This document shows positions 47,801 through 53,683 of a stretch of 53,683 nt of DNA, piece by piece. Position numbers and translations under genes: made by a program. The notes below the pieces were generated by a model. The model was not told the origin of the DNA. It ran no database searches and saw nothing but the letters and a program-made list of their open reading frames with translations. How positions within the stretch are numbered: position 1 is the stretch's first letter; every line of letters starts with the position of its first letter. This DNA is from a virus (taxonomy: Duplodnaviria; Caudoviricetes). The stretch lies in IMG/VR virus record IMGVR_UViG_3300013126_000042, positions 1 to 53,683 of that record, one strand, 5' to 3'.

Positions 47801-50102
47801 TGGCGCAACTGTTAGGTCAGGACCGTTCGATGATCAAAATGGAATTTTCTTCCAGTATGATGGTCAAAAACTCAGTGTTGGTAGAAGAAGTTCAACATTT
47901 CAAATAGCAGGTACAATATCTGTGAATACGGACAGTAATGCAGTCACAGGAACAAATACTAGATTTTTAGATCAATTGCAAGAAGGAGATAGAATTGTCA
48001 TCCGTGGAATGACACACGTGGTGGCTAATATTACGTCTAACACGGTGATGACAGTCACTCCAGATTTTAGAGGGGTGAATAACGTTTCCGGAGTAAAGGT
48101 CTGCAAAATTGAAGATATTATAATTCCGCAGGATGACTGGAATCTAGATCGCTGTGATGGTACAGGACCCAGCGGCTATAACATAGATGTAACCAAAATG
48201 CAGATGATCGGCATCCAATACAGTTGGTACGGTGCTGGTTTTATTGATTGGATGTTGAGAGGACCCAGCGGCGAATATGTTTTCTGTCATAGACTAAAAG
48301 GTAATAATAGGAATACAGAAGCATATATGCGTACAGGTAACGGTCCTGTTCGATACGAAGTTACCAACGAAGGTGCAAGAAGTAGATTGACTAATTCTAT
48401 AGACGATGCTCAAACTACAATTACACTAGACAATGTATCAGATTTTCCTACCAGCGGAACCGTATATGTTGACAACGAATTAATATCTTACTCGGGAAAA
48501 ACCGCCGCAACAAATCAACTAACAGGTTGCACCCGTTCGGCTTCTCTGAGCAATTTTGCAGCAGGTGCAACAAGAACATATACCGCAGGCCTAGCTGCCA
48601 GTCACGTGGCTAAACAAGGAGTAGTACTTGTTTCTTGTACAACCAGTCCTATTATCAGCCACTGGGGTAGTGCATATTTGATAGATGGAAATTTCGACGA
48701 AGATCGAGGTTATATTTTTAACTATGCTGCAACAAGTGTTAGCGCAAGCACTACAAAACGTACAGCATTCTTAATTAGACTAGCACCAAGTGTTTCTAAT
48801 GCAGTTACCGGAGATCTTGGAGAACGAGAATTACTTAACAGAGCTCAATTATTACTCAATGCTCTCTCAATCACTTCTGATACAGTATCTGGAGGCGGAG
48901 CGATAGTCGTTGAAGGTATCTTAAACCCTAACAATTATCCAACAAATCCAGCTAACATTCAATGGAACGGACTAAATTCTGCAGCAGCAGGAGGACAGCC
49001 TAGTTTTGCACAGATAGCATTGGGCGGTTCTGTTAGCTGGGGTGCTTCTGGATCAACAACTACTGCTACAGTTGCCGGTGCAGTTACGACCACAGTATCA
49101 GCACAGGGTTTGGCATTAGTGACATTCTCAATGACCACAAGAGTCGTATTTGGCGGCAATTCGGCCTATAGCGGTACAAGTTACTTCTTCATCACTGTTG
49201 CAGATTATAATGCATTTACGACCAAACCCTTGGTCGGCGACGGAATAACCGGTACAAATATTCCTGCCAATACCAATATAAACCAAATTAGTTTATACAG
49301 CTCCACTTATTATATTATCTACATGAGTAGAAATTGGACTGGGAATATAGTTGGTCAAGGTTCAGTAACAGTAACTAATCAGATCAGCAGTAACTATAAC
49401 AGTGCATTTAGAAGCGGACAACGAGATTTTTTGATAACCAACTCAGTCGCTGCTTCTAGCGGAATAGCAGTCGGTGATACTGTAAGTTCTGCTAATTTAT
49501 CCAGTACCAGGGTTGAGAGTATATCTAGTAGCTATGTGACATTGGCAGGCACTGCTTATACAAGAATTCAAACGAGCGGCAAAGCAAGTTCTACATCGAC
49601 CGGCGGATCAAACATCAGTACCACAGTAACAGCTAATCAAACAGCAGCAAGTTATAGCGGTGTGAACTACTTGTTCTTTACGTCTGCAACATTCCCAGGG
49701 TCCGGTGCTACAGTTGGTACTAGATTGGATGCGTCGGTGACGCAATTTCCAGCAGGTACGATTATCAGTGCTGTCACTACGAGAACATTAGGTGCAACAA
49801 CTGTTTACAGAGCAACATTTTCACAGACATCTACATCATCGACAGCCGCAGCCGCGACTATTACATTCGCATTTGGTGCAGAGTTTGCTTTGCCCGGAGA
49901 GCAGGTATTTTCGTTTATTGCTAATCCCGGAGAAACTTCGACCCTAGATTTATCGGCACTGAAAGAACTTGGTACCACAGCTATTGGAGGTAGAGGAACC
50001 TTCCCTAACGGCCCAGACGTACTGGCTATTAATATCTTTAAAGTTTCAGGATCAGCAACGAATTGTAATTTAATTCTTCGTTGGGGTGAAGCCCAGGCCT
50101 AA
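44871..50102 (+). CDS. Giant virion structural / fibre protein (1743 aa)
   Basis: KCERD repeat, DADFEYGLQPTKW, RYQSGKG, WYGAG and several HG(L/F)..G modules; S/T/G-rich. Confidence 0.7.
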   Translation: MAKKLVKNYVFTPGVSLDENLFPNAYSLISQNRQFILKEIVGFIQNLVTAGDSSYVGYTFNTVKCERDSGYVIDALLHDLRYGGNENIRYVASQYWDGTVAQIDGNRIPEYEAYEFARDLINTYILTNTTDPSPEQGIEIQVIDGTKNTEAGAYARVQTLLTNVKDVIENGLTSLPVLNIQLGRIEVLGKIELEDILLISNVTDNVVIYNFAEPTKGGTVEFNEGNSTAYPNALQVNNGTTIIRFKFDTSNMSSTDSVQIFLENTELKVRPYDFGTDAIERMRVAQPQAMLDADFEYGLQPTKWQAIGTQRGYPATYEVSSTDIPVSSIVTDASTGTSGIGGSLITVTTVSSHGLVAGQAISIRALASSITGFARAEGTFIIYSVPSGTTFTYYAKAKVGTSNGQVLATSTSQLRQAAFYTGASVGQPIFTVYSNGSSGSFTTALRTESGQNTLAFIGLAPPIGAPLSGTNIASGTQIAGVFGPSNSDGIVDYRYVRTTYGGGVSSVDLVETSGLQAGMALGDEASPNILREITSIDGITLNLSGAVTVGHTGDNSIYNGSATPVNSSGVNAFFNITVTSGVYAVAGIGSSGGGTDWAVGDTALITGDFLGGATPANDLYINIDSISGGAVTGASIVQGTGTGSGSFNDIEAYGDASKGSGGGNWFITRAGGLYSLTAAPGSAGTKYYVGNKFKIPGTSLEGATPANDVLLRIDSVSAPGGYPTAASITSGTAARGDQIPVYATVTLSENTTGIVSAAATINYSSIATIQVAFPSNHGFVPGMGLNIAITSTGTNHALASGPFAVEEIVATNVIRYTARSSGTVDTATLLQGVVYVRPDTFFTHRPFDGGVQLGTGGPQHGGQAIRQSKKYIRYQSGKGAMYNTGALFAPSFDVRTVTAAATASGSLITIVTDDVDHGLQAGSTIRLSGVQTTGYNGDYQVSEIVDERTFRIVAQTALGDTTGAIGSQCQMSLVNWHGATVRSGPFDDQNGIFFQYDGQKLSVGRRSSTFQIAGTISVNTDSNAVTGTNTRFLDQLQEGDRIVIRGMTHVVANITSNTVMTVTPDFRGVNNVSGVKVCKIEDIIIPQDDWNLDRCDGTGPSGYNIDVTKMQMIGIQYSWYGAGFIDWMLRGPSGEYVFCHRLKGNNRNTEAYMRTGNGPVRYEVTNEGARSRLTNSIDDAQTTITLDNVSDFPTSGTVYVDNELISYSGKTAATNQLTGCTRSASLSNFAAGATRTYTAGLAASHVAKQGVVLVSCTTSPIISHWGSAYLIDGNFDEDRGYIFNYAATSVSASTTKRTAFLIRLAPSVSNAVTGDLGERELLNRAQLLLNALSITSDTVSGGGAIVVEGILNPNNYPTNPANIQWNGLNSAAAGGQPSFAQIALGGSVSWGASGSTTTATVAGAVTTTVSAQGLALVTFSMTTRVVFGGNSAYSGTSYFFITVADYNAFTTKPLVGDGITGTNIPANTNINQISLYSSTYYIIYMSRNWTGNIVGQGSVTVTNQISSNYNSAFRSGQRDFLITNSVAASSGIAVGDTVSSANLSSTRVESISSSYVTLAGTAYTRIQTSGKASSTSTGGSNISTTVTANQTAASYSGVNYLFFTSATFPGSGATVGTRLDASVTQFPAGTIISAVTTRTLGATTVYRATFSQTSTSSTAAAATITFAFGAEFALPGEQVFSFIANPGETSTLDLSALKELGTTAIGGRGTFPNGPDVLAINIFKVSGSATNCNLILRWGEAQA

Positions 50103-50366
50103 TTATTCTCGAATATCGTTTATTCGTTTTTGGATTTTTTTACGGATTTCTGCTATTCGAGATTTTGATTCGTCGAGTCCCATAGGCAGACTATGGGACC
50201 TTACTAATTCTTCGTGAAATGTATCTAACTTCTTAACTTCGTTTACTAGTTTGTTTAGTAATTCTAGTAATTCAGTTTTTTGATTGCAGTCAGACATACC
50301 GTCTACTTTAATTCTCCAACTTCTATATTCTGATTGAAATCTTTCATTCTTAAGCATTGACAACAT
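50103..50366 (-). CDS. Small coiled-coil hypothetical protein
   Basis: 87 aa, overlapping the upstream gene in a minus-strand operon. Confidence 0.6.
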   Translation of the reverse strand: MLSMLKNERFQSEYRSWRIKVDGMSDCNQKTELLELLNKLVNEVKKLDTFHEELVRSHSLPMGLDESKSRIAEIRKKIQKRINDIRE

Positions 50367-50742
50367 ATTCTAACTCCAATATAGTTTCTATTTTAGTTCT
50401 TATGATCTGATTACTCAAAGTAGTTTTAAGTCCGCTGTGTAAATTTTTAGGCAAATAATTTAACTGTGCCCAACATATTGTAGCAGCAGCAGTGGTTAGG
50501 AATTCATTATCAACCAAACAAACATATGTTCCGTATTCGAAACCACGATCCTCGCTGAGATATAATTCTATAGGCAACAATCTACCTTTGCAGTAGTTTG
50601 TGAGTAAATCTCGGGAATCTTCTAGAAGGTTAGATTTTCTACCAAAAGTAGGCACAGTCCACTTGCCTTCTTCGTCGATTAATAATATTCTACCAGTGTC
50701 TTTGGCTAAAAAAAGAATTCCTGCTCTCTGTTGCATAGTCAT
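50350..50742 (-). CDS. Degenerate Nudix-fold-like protein
   Basis: AGILFLAKDTGRILLI..W..P..G and F.Y.TY.C.V..EF resemble the Nudix scaffold, but the GX5EX7REUXEEXG box is absent. The start may be 50736. Confidence 0.4.
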   Translation of the reverse strand: MTMQQRAGILFLAKDTGRILLIDEEGKWTVPTFGRKSNLLEDSRDLLTNYCKGRLLPIELYLSEDRGFEYGTYVCLVDNEFLTTAAATICWAQLNYLPKNLHSGLKTTLSNQIIRTKIETILELEYVVNA

Positions 50743-50747
50743 ACTTA

Positions 50748-52196
50748 TTAAGCATCGAGATCAAATCTCCAGAAACCGATATTGTATTCACCTTCAAAAC
50801 TCTTTAACCACTGATCACCATCCCACTTATATTGAATTCCTGTGGTTAGATTTGTTACATAATTATTAGCGTTTTGTTCAGTAGGAGTAAACACAGTGAC
50901 CCATTGATCACCGTTCCACTGAATGATAGAATTTTCTAATATTTCTGGATCACTGCCGTCGATATTTTTCCACGCATCTGGACCATCGTACCCTGATTGA
51001 CCTCGATTAACACTGCTATTTACAGCGTCTAACATTAGGTACCTAGTTCCAATAGGAATATTTCCTATACCGTTGAATGTCTTTTTAGGATTAAAATTGT
51101 ACGGATCAATAATAGCTGTCAGTGCAGGTAATGTGTTTGACGGCACTGTATCTCTGTCAATAGTAACAGATAAAAACGTAGGATCGATTGCATTGACTGT
51201 GAAAGTTCCTGTGACTTCGTAACCGCTAGGCTGTAAGAAATGTATTTTACTGAGGCCAGAAACATAGCCTCCTTGTTGTTCAAGTACTGTGTTCCAATCT
51301 ATCTCTTTACCTAACTTGTTAGTTATAGGTATTTTCAATACATTTGCTAATTGATCTATATCTAATATTGAAACGTTATACAAGTTAGGTAGGTTGGAGT
51401 TGTTAGCACTTAATAATAAAACACTGTAATTATCATTAGTTCGACGTAGAGAAATATCAGCTCCCCGATTTCCTAGATTAAATGACAGGTCGTTCAAGCT
51501 TAATACATCTCCACTTTCTGAGAATACATTAGAAATCACAGTTCTAACTATGCCTAATTTCTTAACCTTAGCCGGAGGAGTAATCCATACGGGCATTTCA
51601 AATTCTAGTGTGCAAATATCTATTTCAGATTCTGCACCTTGAGGTATGGTCCTTGAACTAAAATTTATGTTAGTGATATAAATGGTGCTTAGACTAGTCC
51701 AATCAATGTAATTATCCGTGGTCTGTATTTCTAGACTAGGATTAAACAATACTAAAATTTGTTCTAATATCTGTAGCTTTTGATCTGTATTGCTGGTCCA
51801 GATATCTGCCTTCATTGACAATTTAAACGGAGTTGGCATTATACGTTCTACAGTGTAACTTCCTCCTTGGTTGCCACCGTATACTGGATCTCCTGCGGCG
51901 TCAAATTCGTAAGATCGCTCTCGTATTTGTACTTTGCTAACAAATGTTGGATCTGCCAATCTAGTAGTGTCTAGTTCGAGTCCCGATATATAGCAGGCTA
52001 CTTTAGGCACAGTAGACATTTTATTTTCAGAATTATCTTTGATAATTCCCGCAACCTGTCTAGTCATATCGCCATACATCACTGGTATGTGTCTTTCTTC
52101 TGATACAGTACCACCAGTTTTATATTTAAAACCTATAAACACCCGCAAGAACTGTGTTACATATCTTCGTATCTGGCCGTCGTAAAAATAATCCAT
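50748..52196 (-). CDS. gp15: Tail sheath stabiliser / terminator, T4 gp15-like, with C-terminal extension
   Basis: YFYDGQIRRY, P.MYG, PTPFKL, DQKLQILEQILVLFNP, WITPP. Confidence 0.75.
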   Translation of the reverse strand: MDYFYDGQIRRYVTQFLRVFIGFKYKTGGTVSEERHIPVMYGDMTRQVAGIIKDNSENKMSTVPKVACYISGLELDTTRLADPTFVSKVQIRERSYEFDAAGDPVYGGNQGGSYTVERIMPTPFKLSMKADIWTSNTDQKLQILEQILVLFNPSLEIQTTDNYIDWTSLSTIYITNINFSSRTIPQGAESEIDICTLEFEMPVWITPPAKVKKLGIVRTVISNVFSESGDVLSLNDLSFNLGNRGADISLRRTNDNYSVLLLSANNSNLPNLYNVSILDIDQLANVLKIPITNKLGKEIDWNTVLEQQGGYVSGLSKIHFLQPSGYEVTGTFTVNAIDPTFLSVTIDRDTVPSNTLPALTAIIDPYNFNPKKTFNGIGNIPIGTRYLMLDAVNSSVNRGQSGYDGPDAWKNIDGSDPEILENSIIQWNGDQWVTVFTPTEQNANNYVTNLTTGIQYKWDGDQWLKSFEGEYNIGFWRFDLDA

Positions 52197-53455
52197 TATG
52201 AATCTGCCTTAGGTCTAAGAGCTTTGCTAAGACTCTGTTTTTCTTTAACTGTTTTACCGTTAATTCTATCAGTTTTCTGATTATTAATAAATCCAGCTTT
52301 TTGTGTATATCTTGCTTCTTTGCCTTCAAACATATCGCCGCTTTCTTGAACATCATCGACTCCAAGATTACTCATAGTCATTCGAACCTGATCTTCAAAT
52401 TTAATCCATCTTGTTCCATTAAAACGGAATAACCTTTTAGGAATAAAATCTAATCTGAGACAGAACTGTCCTTCGACTGGATTAGCAGGGAACCCAGCAC
52501 CTGCAGAAAACGGAGCACCGTTAGGAGGTAGTCCGTCACCTAACAAGTAACTGTCGTATCCTTCGCTGGTCGGACTTTGTATTGATGTAGACGCTGTAGC
52601 ACCTACATATATCGGATCACCATTTTCGTCAAACAGTAAATTGCCATACTCGTCTGTGGCTTGGGTTTCTCTAGAAGCATCAATCTGTGTTGTATCAACG
52701 CTGACCAATTCAGTCCGTCCGTCATCGTTTTTCTGTATGTGATAAAATCTGTTGGTATCGTATCCGCTGCGAGGAGCATCTGATTCGGCTTGATTCAGTA
52801 CTGCTTGGGTGATCTGCATCTCTTTTTCATAGGTGCTCATCACATCTCTCAGAGTCTGATCACTGCCTTCACCTGCTAGACCATCTAATATCTCTTTAAA
52901 TTCTTGGCTGTCTACTAAAGGTTTACATTTGGCTCGATAAAGATGTGGGTACCAAGTAACTGAAAAACCTTCAGCTGCTCTAGAAATCTCTTCAATCACA
53001 TAAAATCTTTTTAAAGAAAATTGAAAATCATTCAAAGCAAACTGGTCTTTAAGATGGGGCAATTCTATAACGTCCCCAGCTATTAATTTTCTGCCTATTT
53101 TTTCAACAGTATCATTGATATGAAAGCTTATAAAAATAGTATCGTTTTGTAAAAATAAACCAAATTGACTTAGATTAAAATCGGTATCTTGTATGTTATA
53201 AACACCCCTAAGCACATAGATATCTGGATCATATTTTCTATCTCTGTTTTCTAAAAATAATAGATCTTGGATGTTACTTACACTGTTACTAGCATAATTT
53301 GGCGTTGATGGGGTATCTTCGGCAGGTGTACCTGGGCCTATATATTTGTGTACGAAAACATCAGTACCGCCGACCTGGAACATTTCCCAGATATTTTTAT
53401 CGATAAACTTGTAATCGTTGCCCTTTTCTGGGCGATAAAGCGAAAGTCTTGGCAT
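52196..53455 (-). CDS. gp14: Neck protein, T4 gp14-like
   Basis: DLLFLENRDRKY, LSQFGLFLQND, GDVIELPHL; between gp13-like and gp15-like genes; start moved to ATG 53455. Confidence 0.65.
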   Translation of the reverse strand: MPRLSLYRPEKGNDYKFIDKNIWEMFQVGGTDVFVHKYIGPGTPAEDTPSTPNYASNSVSNIQDLLFLENRDRKYDPDIYVLRGVYNIQDTDFNLSQFGLFLQNDTIFISFHINDTVEKIGRKLIAGDVIELPHLKDQFALNDFQFSLKRFYVIEEISRAAEGFSVTWYPHLYRAKCKPLVDSQEFKEILDGLAGEGSDQTLRDVMSTYEKEMQITQAVLNQAESDAPRSGYDTNRFYHIQKNDDGRTELVSVDTTQIDASRETQATDEYGNLLFDENGDPIYVGATASTSIQSPTSEGYDSYLLGDGLPPNGAPFSAGAGFPANPVEGQFCLRLDFIPKRLFRFNGTRWIKFEDQVRMTMSNLGVDDVQESGDMFEGKEARYTQKAGFINNQKTDRINGKTVKEKQSLSKALRPKADS

Positions 53456-53462
53456 AGTCTTA

Positions 53463-53483
53463 TATTTACCGCTACGATAAATA
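53463..53483. promoter_or_regulatory. Back-to-back late promoters in a 33-bp intergenic gap
   Basis: TAAATA on - (53468-53463) and ATAAATA on + (53477-53483). Confidence 0.65.
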
Positions 53484-53488
53484 GTTGT

Positions 53489-53683
53489 ATGAGCCAAACT
53501 AACCAGATCAAACAGGGTGTTTACGATTACTGCAGAACTATGCTAGGCGACGGTATGGTAGATGTAGAGCTAGATCCCGTCCATTACGAAACCGCACTAA
53601 ACAGAGCTTTGGCTGTGTTTAGACAACGTAGTGATAATTCAGTAGAAGAATCATATATATTTTTAAATCTTCAACCAGATGTA
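53489..53683 (+). CDS. gp13: 3'-truncated neck protein, T4 gp13-like (absent from the ORF track)
   Basis: Manual translation gives MSQTNQIKQGVYDYCRTMLGDGMVDVELDPVHYETALNRALAVFRQRSDNSVEESYIFLNLQPDV, open to the window end. Confidence 0.7.
   Translation, partial: MSQTNQIKQGVYDYCRTMLGDGMVDVELDPVHYETALNRALAVFRQRSDNSVEESYIFLNLQPDV

Noticed and set aside
328-49159. Many antisense or alternate-frame ORFs in the track (e.g. 429-764, 9750-10364, 27133-27612, 40305-40694, 42763-43359)
   Set aside because: They lie wholly within well-supported genes, lack RBSs, and mirror the codon bias of low-complexity sense proteins (shadow ORFs).
1-53683. Stop-codon reassignment, introns or inteins in core genes
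   Set aside because: Portal, protease, capsid and giant genes are uninterrupted in the standard code with dense packing; no intein or homing-endonuclease motifs were recognised.

Overview
This window is the virion-morphogenesis region of a large T4-superfamily myophage read in the standard genetic code; no RNA genes, CRISPR array, integrase or transposase were recognised. From left to right it holds three putative internal head proteins, a gp26-like/gp51-like tail chaperone pair divergent from a tape-measure gene, then portal gp20, a Maf/GT29-like glycosyltransferase, prohead core, protease gp21, scaffold gp22 and major capsid gp23 with a UUCG terminator. About 36 kb of paralogous fibre and appendage genes follow, including 1831, 2498 and 1743 aa giants, and the window ends in gp15/gp14/gp13-like neck genes. 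Five points stand out. (1) An apparent programmed -1 frameshift (A-AAU-UUU-UUC plus a 9-bp hairpin) joins the gp26-like ORF to a start-less gp51-like frame, as in lambda G/GT. (2) An inverted cassette of six different 2OG-Fe(II) oxygenases plus one unknown gene sits between two copies of a module made of a Pro-Gly-rich polyglycine protein and a small acidic partner, suggesting virion protein tailoring. (3) Two GC-rich structured leader RNAs follow late promoters. (4) Several late TAAATA promoters appear to yield leaderless transcripts. (5) Fibre genes show a repeated C-terminal-peg/adaptor arrangement, and one fibre ends in a blue-copper-like domain. All family assignments come from motif recognition, not database searches.
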